Virus record (IMG/VR): IMGVR_UViG_3300019458_000012 | Span: 1 to 44,713 of that record | DNA length: 44,713 nt | Origin: a virus | Strand: one strand, 5' to 3' | Notes under the pieces: generated by a model | Database searches by the model: none | The model's input: only the letters and a program-made list of their open reading frames with translations | What the model was told of the DNA's origin: nothing | In this document: piece by piece, positions 29,941 through 38,642 of the stretch | Position numbering within the stretch: the stretch's first letter is position 1 | How the letters are laid out: every line of letters starts with the position of its first letter | Made by a program: the position numbers and the translations under genes

Positions 29941-30867
29941 ATGGCTGACACTGGCTTGACCGACCTGTTTGTGACGCAGTACAAAACACTGCTCAAAATG
30001 AGGCTCCAGCAAACCGCCTCAATGCTTCGCGGCAAAGTTGAGGAAGGTTACCATGCTGGCGCAAAGATGGCTTCGCCCATCAATCTTGTTTCTGCGATGG
30101 CGATGAAGACCCCAGAAGGCCGATTTGCCCCGAAGACCAATACGCCTGCTGATTATCAGCGCCGTTGGGTTATGCCCATCGACAAGGAAGGCGACCAGCT
30201 TATTGACAATTTCGACCAGTTGAAAACCCCGATTGACCCCAAGAGCAAGCTCGTTGAGCGTGCTGCTTCTGCTGTTTCCCGTGCTTGGGATGATGAAATT
30301 ATCCGCGCTTCGACCGCTGCGGCCACCATTGGTTCGGACGTTGGTTCACTGACTACAGAAGCTTTCCCTGCAACGTTCCAGGTCGCCTCAACTTTTGGCG
30401 CATCTGCGGCTGTCGGCCTCACGGTTGCCAAGCTGAATGAAGCACGGCGCATTCTGGAAAAGTACCACAATGCTGAAGAACTTAACGCCGGTATGGCTAC
30501 CGCTGTTATTGGTTCCTCGCAGCACGCCGATCTGCGTAACCAGGCCCTCGTGACTTCGAATGAGTTCAACCGTAACGGAGGCATCCTCGTGGATGGCAAC
30601 GTTACCCGGTTCATGGGCTTCAACATTGTCCAGTCGGAGCGCCTTGCGGTTGCTTCGAACGTCCGCAGTGTTCTGGTGTTCGTGAAGTCTGGCATCTACC
30701 TTGGTATCTGGCAGGATATCAAAACCCAGGTCTTCCAGCGTCCTGATCTGTCGAGCAACCCGTGGGATATCTCCACTGTGGTCAGCTATGGTGCAACCCG
30801 CACCGAGTTGGGCAAGGTGATTGAAGTCCTGTGCGCCGATACGACTGGCGCGGATATTACCCCATAA
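29941..30867 (+). CDS. Major capsid protein, 308 aa
   Basis: ATG 29941 with GGAGAG upstream (track start is GTG 29929). Size and position after the scaffold. Own promoter and structured leader. Confidence 0.75.
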   Translation: MADTGLTDLFVTQYKTLLKMRLQQTASMLRGKVEEGYHAGAKMASPINLVSAMAMKTPEGRFAPKTNTPADYQRRWVMPIDKEGDQLIDNFDQLKTPIDPKSKLVERAASAVSRAWDDEIIRASTAAATIGSDVGSLTTEAFPATFQVASTFGASAAVGLTVAKLNEARRILEKYHNAEELNAGMATAVIGSSQHADLRNQALVTSNEFNRNGGILVDGNVTRFMGFNIVQSERLAVASNVRSVLVFVKSGIYLGIWQDIKTQVFQRPDLSSNPWDISTVVSYGATRTELGKVIEVLCADTTGADITP

Positions 30868-30893
30868 CTTGAACTGATATTAGGAGAACTCAA

Positions 30894-31415
30894 ATGGCTG
30901 TAGTAACAGTAAAATCCCAGGCGATCACGGATCAGGATGCAAATCCCCGTGTCGCCCCACAGGCTGGCAAAGGCGCTGGTTTCCGCGAAAAATCAATTGA
31001 TGGTTTCGCGGCTATTGCCAACGGCGATAGCATCGCTTCGAAGTACATTCTTATGCGCGTGCCTTCGACTGTCTATGTGAAGGAACTTCTTCTTTCGTGC
31101 CCGGCTACCGCTTCGGCGCTTGCTGACATCGGCTTGTATTACGCTTCCAGGACGGAAGATGTCGGTGCTGGCGTAGTTGCTGGTTCTGTTGTTTCCGTTG
31201 CGTTCTTCTCTGCGGCTCAGGCACTTACCGGTGCATTGAACGGAACCCAGATCATTACGCAGACTACGTACACTTTGGCAAACCGCAACAAGCCGTTGTG
31301 GGAAGCGGCAGGTCTTGCTTCTGATCCGGGTGGAAAATTCGATGTTGTCGCAACACTTACTGCGGCTGCGACTGGCGCGGGGTCCATCTACCTCAAGATG
31401 AACTATGTTGAATAA
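30894..31415 (+). CDS. Hypothetical head protein, possible decoration/cement protein, 173 aa
   Basis: AGGAG RBS. Beta-rich. Immediately follows the capsid gene. Positional inference only. Confidence 0.45.
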   Translation: MAVVTVKSQAITDQDANPRVAPQAGKGAGFREKSIDGFAAIANGDSIASKYILMRVPSTVYVKELLLSCPATASALADIGLYYASRTEDVGAGVVAGSVVSVAFFSAAQALTGALNGTQIITQTTYTLANRNKPLWEAAGLASDPGGKFDVVATLTAAATGAGSIYLKMNYVE

Positions 31416-31432
31416 CTTCGTGGGCTGTTGAA

Positions 31433-31456
31433 GGCGGAGAAACCAAAACCTCCGCC
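31433..31456 (+). other. Hairpin after the head genes (no U-run)
   Basis: GGCGGAG-(10 nt)-CTCCGCC. Confidence 0.5.
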
Positions 31457-31480
31457 TAAACCGCCGAAGGAAAAAAAACA

Positions 31481-31687
31481 ATGGCTGACAAATTTTATTC
31501 GCTCAATCTAGGAGCTACTGCTAACCCGGATAACGTCGTTGTAGCAAACGCAAGCACGGCGGGATCGGATGTCGAAGTCCGTGTTGAACTTGGAAATGCG
31601 GCCAAAACTCTTGATATTGCTGTAATTCTGGACGCAATCAAGCGCCGCATTCTTGATGGGCGCAATCAGGTCTTGGGTGACGTATAA
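31481..31687 (+). CDS. Hypothetical protein, 68 aa
   Basis: AAGGA RBS. Late block. Confidence 0.55.
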   Translation: MADKFYSLNLGATANPDNVVVANASTAGSDVEVRVELGNAAKTLDIAVILDAIKRRILDGRNQVLGDV

Positions 31688-31974
31688 TGCGCGGCACCGA
31701 TGGCTTCAAAATTGAGAACGCTGGTGTAGGTGCTTCTACTGAGTTTCCTCTGTCAGGCGGGCGCTATCAGGTCGCCGTTGGCACCGCTACATTCGGTGGC
31801 GGCAACGTTGTTTTGCAGCAACTGGCGAATAACAACTCTACCTGGTTTGCGGTTGGAACTGCAATTACAGCGGCTGGTGCCAACGTTTCTGAACTGCCTC
31901 CGGGCCGCTATCGCCTGTTCGTAACGACAGCAACGGGTGTTTATGCGACTGTAATACGTATCCCTGGCGAATAA
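31687..31974 (+). CDS. Hypothetical beta-rich protein, 95 aa
   Basis: TAATG coupling. Late block. Confidence 0.55.
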   Translation: MRGTDGFKIENAGVGASTEFPLSGGRYQVAVGTATFGGGNVVLQQLANNNSTWFAVGTAITAAGANVSELPPGRYRLFVTTATGVYATVIRIPGE

Positions 31975-32037
31975 GGATTGCAATTTACGCGCCGTTGGAG
32001 CATAATAGAACTTTAGAATTCCACGGAGTAGACTGTC

Positions 32038-32979
32038 ATGACTTCACAATATATCGTAGGCGGAAAAGGTGATACTGGCCCTCAAGGCCCTCCTGTATCT
32101 GATGGAGACAAAGGCGATATCGTTGTATCAGCTTCCGGCCTGACTTATACCATTGACACGAACGCCGTCACCCTTGCGAAATTCCAGCAGATCGCAACCG
32201 CGTCTTTCCTTGGCCGCACTACAGCCGCGACTGGCAACGTGGAAGTATTGACCAAGGCTCAGTCGCTTGCCATCCTCAATGTTGCTGATGGCGCGAACGT
32301 CACACAGACTGGCATAGAAGTTTTGACTAACAAACGCCTTACTTTGTCTGCTGGCGCAGCAGGTGTTGGTTTAGCTCCAATGAAATACACTTCCGGCTCC
32401 CCGTTGACGGATGCCGAAGCTGGTGCCGAAGAATACAACGGCGTGACCAAGTTCTTCACAATCAATGCAACCGAAGGCCGTGGCCAAATCCCCGTTGAAC
32501 AACGTGTTCAGCTTACTGCCAATGGCAGCGCGATTACAACGATTGCCAACTTCTTCGGCACAAACAAGAACCCTGTTCTCATTGCGAGCGCGCTGTATGA
32601 GCTTGAGATTTACGCACTGTTCCTCAAGGGCACAGCGGGTACAGTCACTTGGACGTTCACCAACTCTGGCGCTCCCAACTGGCAGAACATTGACTATGAA
32701 ATGTCGCCGGTCACAGGCATCGTGGCCCCTCCAGGCACTGCAACTGCTTTGACCGGCCAGCTTCTGAATGATGCTACGGCGGCGCGTACCATTGTTACGG
32801 CCTCGCTCACGGATGCTGTGAACCATTACATGCGTACCAAGTTTCTCATCAACAACAATGCTGGCACAAGTCTTCTTATCCAGGCGACTGTGGGCACCGG
32901 CCAAATCACGCCTCTCAAAGGTAGCTGGTGGCGTCTGCGGCGTTTGTCGTTGACTGACACCGGGAACTTTGCGGCATGA
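32038..32979 (+). CDS. Tail fibre-like protein with a short collagen-like N-terminal segment, 313 aa
   Basis: GKGDTGPQGPP G-X-Y triplets, followed by a beta-rich body. Confidence 0.6.
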   Translation: MTSQYIVGGKGDTGPQGPPVSDGDKGDIVVSASGLTYTIDTNAVTLAKFQQIATASFLGRTTAATGNVEVLTKAQSLAILNVADGANVTQTGIEVLTNKRLTLSAGAAGVGLAPMKYTSGSPLTDAEAGAEEYNGVTKFFTINATEGRGQIPVEQRVQLTANGSAITTIANFFGTNKNPVLIASALYELEIYALFLKGTAGTVTWTFTNSGAPNWQNIDYEMSPVTGIVAPPGTATALTGQLLNDATAARTIVTASLTDAVNHYMRTKFLINNNAGTSLLIQATVGTGQITPLKGSWWRLRRLSLTDTGNFAA

Positions 32980-34058
32980 CGACTGAAACTCAAGTTGCAA
33001 ATCGTGGTCTTCAACGCATTGGTGCCGGTCGCATAGCCGATGGTGCCCTCTGGACAGAGGACAGCAAGAATGCGGGCGAAATCCGAGTGTGCTATGACAT
33101 GCTGCGGCAATCCGAACTGCGCCGCAACGTTTGGCGCTTCGCTATCCGCACTGAGGTTCTTCGGAAGATGACGCCTACCACGAAGGTCATCTTCTATCCG
33201 GACTGGGATGCTCGTGTTGACTATGATTTGAACGACAGGGTTCAAGCGGACAGCAAGACTTGGATTGGGGTTGGAACTGGCGTAAATAACAATCCAACTG
33301 GCCGCACTTATGATTATTGGGAAGGCTATTATGGATCAGATACCTGTGATGTATATGACGCGGATACGTCATACAGCACAGGTGAACAGGTCTATGTCGG
33401 TGGCGTTGGGTACATTTCCATCGCAGATGAAAACGAGGGCAATGCCGTCACCGACATAGCATACTGGTATCCGGTTGGAGTGGCTGATTGGGTCCAATTC
33501 AAAATTTACGCCATTGGCAAGCGGGCTGTCTACAACGGCCTTACATACGTTTCTCTCATTGACGCGAACCAGAATTTTTCGCCCAGTTCCAATCCAACAA
33601 AATGGGCTGTCACCGGAAGTCAGGTGCTGCGTGACGCTGCGTTCATTGTGCCGACGAAGCGTGGACAGAACATCTTCCGTCTTCCTAAAGGTTTTATGCG
33701 GACAGCACCGCAAGAGCCCAAGCAAGGATCATATCTGCCGCTTGGTGCTCCTGCGGGCTTGCCCTATTCTGACTTCGACTTCGAAGGGAACTATTTCCGC
33801 ACATCTCTTGCAGGACCAATTGATTTCCGCTTCTGCGCTGACATTGCGAACCCAAACCTGATGGACCCCATGTTCATCGACGGATACTCTTGCCGCCTAG
33901 CGTTGGAGACTTGCGAAATCCTGACGCAGAGTGACAAGAAGTTGTCGAACATCGGAGGCCACTATGCCAAGTTCATGTCCGAAGCTCGCACTGTGAATGC
34001 AATCGAGACTGGACCAACGGAGCCGCCAGAAGACGCTTACATTTCTTTGAGGAACTAA
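32976..34058 (+). CDS. Tail tubular protein A-like adaptor with an inserted triple aromatic repeat, 360 aa
   Basis: Lies directly before the giant tubular-B-like gene. ATGA coupling. Insertion at residues 75-212 of three CBM5/12-like repeats. Confidence 0.55.
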   Translation: MTTETQVANRGLQRIGAGRIADGALWTEDSKNAGEIRVCYDMLRQSELRRNVWRFAIRTEVLRKMTPTTKVIFYPDWDARVDYDLNDRVQADSKTWIGVGTGVNNNPTGRTYDYWEGYYGSDTCDVYDADTSYSTGEQVYVGGVGYISIADENEGNAVTDIAYWYPVGVADWVQFKIYAIGKRAVYNGLTYVSLIDANQNFSPSSNPTKWAVTGSQVLRDAAFIVPTKRGQNIFRLPKGFMRTAPQEPKQGSYLPLGAPAGLPYSDFDFEGNYFRTSLAGPIDFRFCADIANPNLMDPMFIDGYSCRLALETCEILTQSDKKLSNIGGHYAKFMSEARTVNAIETGPTEPPEDAYISLRN

Positions 34059-34062
34059 GAAG

Positions 34063-37000
34063 ATGCCCAACACTTCTTTCGTACAAACCGATTTCCGTGG
34101 CGGCATCTGGTCGCCGTCTTCGCAGGGCCGTATCGACCTTCCGATGTACAAGACGGCTATGAATGAATGCCTCAACTCCACTCCTATGGAGGAAGGTGCA
34201 TGGACGCGCCGCCCTGGCTTCCGCTTCATTGGCATCACGAAGAGTGGACGGACGGGAAAGCTTCTCCCATTTCGTTTCAGCCGGTCGCAAGCTTATCAGG
34301 CTGAATTGACGCCTGGGTATTTGCGCTTTGTCGTTGGCCTCACCCTACTGCGTAAAGAGCCGGAAGAATTGCTTGTGTCGAACATCAATCGCTCGACGCC
34401 TGCGAAGGTTCGTGTGACGGACCTTGGCACCCTGGCGAACGGTGCAACGGTCATGTTCAACATCACTGCGGAACCGCCTCCAAGCTATCGGCTCTACAAT
34501 CGACAGTTCGTGATTGGCAACGTCAACTCGACACAAAAGACGTTCACGCTTCATGATCCTGTGACCGGCGAGGATATCGACGGCAACGAAATCGACTGGT
34601 TCAACCTGGGCGGCACCCATACAGTGCAGCAAGTCTTGGAGTATGCTACGCCATACACGGCTGAGGATATTCCATTTCTCCGCATTGTGCAGGACAGTGA
34701 AGACACAGTTCTGTTTATGTGCCCCGGCAAAAAGACCTATGCGTTGGTTGTCTCCGGTGCAACTCAGTTCACCTTCGGTGTTGCCGACTTCCAGGACGGA
34801 CCGTATCTCGACGAGAACGAGTTGGTGACAACGCTGACGCTGAGTGCGTTGACTGGCTCCGTTACCGTTACCGCATCGGGCACCGCTGGCATCAATGAAG
34901 GCACGGGTTTTCAGACAACTGATATCGGGCGTCTGATCTGGTTTCAGGGTGGCCCCGCTGCCTGGAGCAACTCTATACCGTATGCGAAAGACGCTAAGGT
35001 TCTCGGTTCTGACAACAATATATACCGGTCGCTAAAGGGCAACAACCTGAACCATGACCCGATTTCGGATACTGGCACCAACTGGGAAATAACGTCGGAC
35101 GTGGTAAGCATCACCTGGTTGCAGATAACCGCACGGTCCAGCACAACTGTGGTTACAGCCACGATACGCGGCCAAAATGTAACGAGTGGCGCGGCGACAA
35201 CGCATTGGCGCATGGGTGTCTACTCGGATACCACCGGCTATCCAACGTGCGGCGCATATCACGAAGGTCGGCTGTGCCTCGCAGGCGCAGTACCGAACCG
35301 CTTTGACATGAGCGTTAACTTCAAATCATTGACGTTTTCCCCGACCGAAATAGATGGCACTATTTCGGACAGCAACAGCGTAAGCGGCTCTCTCAACAAT
35401 ACGGATGCCGAGTTGATATCAGCCATGCTATCAATTGACGAGGGCCTGTTCATAGGTACTCTGGCCGGTGAATGGGTGCTTAAGGCCTCAGCGCTCGACG
35501 ATCCAATCTCGCCTACAAGCGTGCAGGCCCGCAGTCCAAACAATACTGGTTCCGCTGCGATTGAGCCTATGCGCATCTATGGTGCGCCTGTGTTCGTGCA
35601 GGGACGCCAGCGCAAGGTAATGACGCATCGCCGCGTTGAAGGCAAGTTCGAAAACGTGAACCACAGCAAGTTTGCATCTGGACTTACTTCACCCAAGATC
35701 GTTGAAACGGCCTGGTGCCAGGAGCCGATGATTTCCTTCTTCACCCGCCTGTCGGACGGATCGTTGAAGGGGGCCATCCACAAGGTTTCTCAGTTGGATG
35801 AAGGCTTTACCGGCTGGCACCGGCATGAACACGGCATGGGCCGCACGTTCACTGCATTGTCAAGTGGCCCCAACTTCTCTGGAACCTCAGACAGTTTGTT
35901 TGTTATGACTGCACATCCTACCGATCCCGATGCCCCGCATTGGATCGAAACGATGATGCCTGTCCAAAGTGAAGGCGACCCTGGCTGGGTCGCATGGCAT
36001 ACTGATGGCTCCGGCACAGGATCGTATATACGGCGGATGATTTCAGCGAATGGAGATGCTTATGATGGGATCAAAGTCTACGGCCTGGAACATCTTACTG
36101 GGTACACTGTTCATCCTTTTATCGGCGGGCTTGACCTTGGGAATTTTATCGTTGTTGGCGGCAGCATCGACTTGCCTTATGCCGGAACTTTTACCGCTGA
36201 GTTCTTGGCCAATCTCAACGATGGAACTGACTACTCAGATTGGGGTGTCCAGCTTCGGTGGCACGATGCCCCGGTCACAACCAACCCTTTGCAACCTCTT
36301 AACACAATCCTTGTCAATGACAGTGAGATAACACCTACATTTTCTGGAAGCATAGGGCTTTGGGATCGTAACAATGAAGTGTTCTATCGGTTTAGTAGTT
36401 CGCAAACCACTATCCGTGTTTTCGATGCGCTGAGAGGCGAGTTGATACGTGAGGCCACAAACTACACGGCGATCTTCCCGAACAATGATGCGGAAGGTTT
36501 CCTGACGACCATTACGAACATTTGCCTGGTGCCGTCCGATCCGCAACACGAAGCTGGTTCAAGTTGCATGACCATAAACTTTTCGGCAGCTGGCGACTCC
36601 GTCTATGAACTAGGTTTGATCGACAACATGACCCTTGTGAAATACGGAAAGATCAAGGTGGACGTTAATCCAGGAACTGATACTAATCCGCCTACCAATA
36701 TCCAGGCGTTTTCGCTTCTGTATCCTGATCTGACTGATCCGTTGAACCCCGTTATTGGCAACAGTAACTTTATGGTTGTTGCGAAAGCGGGTAGCAATGG
36801 CAGAGTAGCTATCTATGGTGCCTCATCGTCCGGGCCTATCGGCACGCTTTTCGGCGTAGGCGGCATCATATTCACTTCCAACAACACCGGTGGCAGCGAT
36901 CACGAGACAAAGTTCTTCCGTATGCGGGAAGACTTGGGCATCACTACTTTTGGTTCATATGCGCCCAACGGAAACACTTCATCAACGTCTTTTGGCGGCG

Positions 37001-38007
37001 CATATCAGGCGGTGTATAATGAGTGGACAGTTGGTGGCGTAGCACCTGATCTATCAATAGGCGTGGCTGCGTTCTATGAGAACAAGTTCAACATTGTGGC
37101 GCTGGATGTTGATCCCGCTTGGACTACTGGCTACAACGAGTTCACTATGACTTACATCGCTTATGATGACACGTTCCTTGTTTCTTGCACTGGCTTAATC
37201 GCAACGTCACGCCGTATGATCAAACTCACCCGCGATGGTGCAGTCATTTGGAACAAAGCTATGCCCGCTGGAATTCCCGGCCCGCCTGGGCAGGGGGATG
37301 GCCCATGGAATAATCATCGTTGGGGATGGCTTGCGACTACCGGAGTTATTTACGAGTTGAACCTTGATACCGGAGAAGTGACAACGTTCACAGGGCAGGA
37401 CACTGGCTTCAATTTCATCATAGAAAGTGTAATGAAATACGATGAAGTTGGCCCATCCATCATGGACTATGGCAACTTCACATCCATAGGCGCTGGTGCG
37501 GTTCCACCGCCTAACCGTATCGGAAAATGGACCAATGATCATCCATCTTGGACTTCTCCAAACTGGTTCCGTGTCTGGTTGGGAACGAGCTATACCCAGG
37601 ATCAGGATCAACGGACGATCAATGCTGAATACTACTTCAACCCGGCCAATTTTGGCGTGTCGTTTACTTCCCGTGGGCAACTGCTGCGGCCTGACTATGG
37701 CAACGATGCAGGCAATATGTTTGGCCCTGCATTCGGTAAGACCAGGCGTATCCACCGTTGGGCGGGTATGTTTTCCAGGGCTGGTGGTAGCGTCAAGATC
37801 GGCACTGATTTCGATCATTTGAAGGCAGTTGTCTTGAAAACTGCCGGTGGAACACCCATTCAACAGCCGACCTTGTTTTCTGGCATCATGAGTGATACAC
37901 TGACAGATGACTATAGCTTTGAAGGACAAATCGCTTGGGAAGTGACGCGGCAGTATTCTTGCACGATCACAGCTATGGGCGGTTTCATTGCTGCACAAGA
38001 TAGGTAA
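34063..38007 (+). CDS. Tail tubular protein B-like / large tail nozzle protein, 1314 aa
   Basis: Size and position. The N-terminus FVQTDFRGGIWSP resembles podovirus tubular B starts as I recall them. Confidence 0.6.
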   Translation: MPNTSFVQTDFRGGIWSPSSQGRIDLPMYKTAMNECLNSTPMEEGAWTRRPGFRFIGITKSGRTGKLLPFRFSRSQAYQAELTPGYLRFVVGLTLLRKEPEELLVSNINRSTPAKVRVTDLGTLANGATVMFNITAEPPPSYRLYNRQFVIGNVNSTQKTFTLHDPVTGEDIDGNEIDWFNLGGTHTVQQVLEYATPYTAEDIPFLRIVQDSEDTVLFMCPGKKTYALVVSGATQFTFGVADFQDGPYLDENELVTTLTLSALTGSVTVTASGTAGINEGTGFQTTDIGRLIWFQGGPAAWSNSIPYAKDAKVLGSDNNIYRSLKGNNLNHDPISDTGTNWEITSDVVSITWLQITARSSTTVVTATIRGQNVTSGAATTHWRMGVYSDTTGYPTCGAYHEGRLCLAGAVPNRFDMSVNFKSLTFSPTEIDGTISDSNSVSGSLNNTDAELISAMLSIDEGLFIGTLAGEWVLKASALDDPISPTSVQARSPNNTGSAAIEPMRIYGAPVFVQGRQRKVMTHRRVEGKFENVNHSKFASGLTSPKIVETAWCQEPMISFFTRLSDGSLKGAIHKVSQLDEGFTGWHRHEHGMGRTFTALSSGPNFSGTSDSLFVMTAHPTDPDAPHWIETMMPVQSEGDPGWVAWHTDGSGTGSYIRRMISANGDAYDGIKVYGLEHLTGYTVHPFIGGLDLGNFIVVGGSIDLPYAGTFTAEFLANLNDGTDYSDWGVQLRWHDAPVTTNPLQPLNTILVNDSEITPTFSGSIGLWDRNNEVFYRFSSSQTTIRVFDALRGELIREATNYTAIFPNNDAEGFLTTITNICLVPSDPQHEAGSSCMTINFSAAGDSVYELGLIDNMTLVKYGKIKVDVNPGTDTNPPTNIQAFSLLYPDLTDPLNPVIGNSNFMVVAKAGSNGRVAIYGASSSGPIGTLFGVGGIIFTSNNTGGSDHETKFFRMREDLGITTFGSYAPNGNTSSTSFGGAYQAVYNEWTVGGVAPDLSIGVAAFYENKFNIVALDVDPAWTTGYNEFTMTYIAYDDTFLVSCTGLIATSRRMIKLTRDGAVIWNKAMPAGIPGPPGQGDGPWNNHRWGWLATTGVIYELNLDTGEVTTFTGQDTGFNFIIESVMKYDEVGPSIMDYGNFTSIGAGAVPPPNRIGKWTNDHPSWTSPNWFRVWLGTSYTQDQDQRTINAEYYFNPANFGVSFTSRGQLLRPDYGNDAGNMFGPAFGKTRRIHRWAGMFSRAGGSVKIGTDFDHLKAVVLKTAGGTPIQQPTLFSGIMSDTLTDDYSFEGQIAWEVTRQYSCTITAMGGFIAAQDR

Positions 38008-38021
38008 GAAAGGTTAGTTCT

Positions 38022-38642
38022 GTGTTTGACTTCGGCTCTCTGTTCAGCGGCATTGGTTCCTTCCTCAGTGGTCAAGCGACCGCAAAAGGCTATAAGGCTG
38101 CTGCAAAATACTACAAGGAAGCGGCTCGCGTCACCAAACTCCAGGGCGCGTTGAAGGATACGGCTATCCGCCGTCAGATTTATCAGGTTGAGGGTCAAGC
38201 CGAAGCTGCTGCCGGTGCAAACAACTTGAAGCTGTCTGGCTCCGTGCTCGATGTGATCAAGAGCAACCGGCGAGAAGGTTTCATGACCAAGGCAGTTACT
38301 GCGATGCAGACCAACTTGGAATATCAGAATTACATCATGCAAGCGAAGCAAGCCAAGGCTGCGGCGTCTGCTGCCAGCACAAGCGGGCTGTTTGGATTGA
38401 TCGGCGGCATCGCTGGCATGTTCTCTGACGACCGGCTAAAGGAAGATATCGAGTTCGTCGGTCGGCGCGGTGACGGCCTGGGTGTCTATCGGTTCCGGTT
38501 CAAGAATGATCCTGTTCTCTATGAAGGTGTCATGGCGAAGGAAGTGGAAGTTCTGTATCCGAAACACGTTGGCAAAACGTCAGAGGGTTATCGCTTCGTG
38601 GACTACGATGGCATCGGCGTTGAATTTAAGAAGGTGGCATAA
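38022..38642 (+). CDS. Internal virion-like protein with a C-terminal peptidase S74 intramolecular-chaperone domain, 206 aa (GTG start)
   Basis: SDDRLKEDIEFV...YRFRFK...GVMAKEVEVLYPKHV...FVDYDGIG matches the SDxRLKxNI...GxxAQEV...VDY signature. Only GTG 38022 has an RBS (GAAAGG). Confidence 0.7.
   Translation: MFDFGSLFSGIGSFLSGQATAKGYKAAAKYYKEAARVTKLQGALKDTAIRRQIYQVEGQAEAAAGANNLKLSGSVLDVIKSNRREGFMTKAVTAMQTNLEYQNYIMQAKQAKAAASAASTSGLFGLIGGIAGMFSDDRLKEDIEFVGRRGDGLGVYRFRFKNDPVLYEGVMAKEVEVLYPKHVGKTSEGYRFVDYDGIGVEFKKVA

Noticed and set aside
37207-37998. 263-aa ORF on the - strand
   Set aside because: It is a shadow ORF inside the tubular-B-like gene, Cys/Arg-rich, with no RBS.
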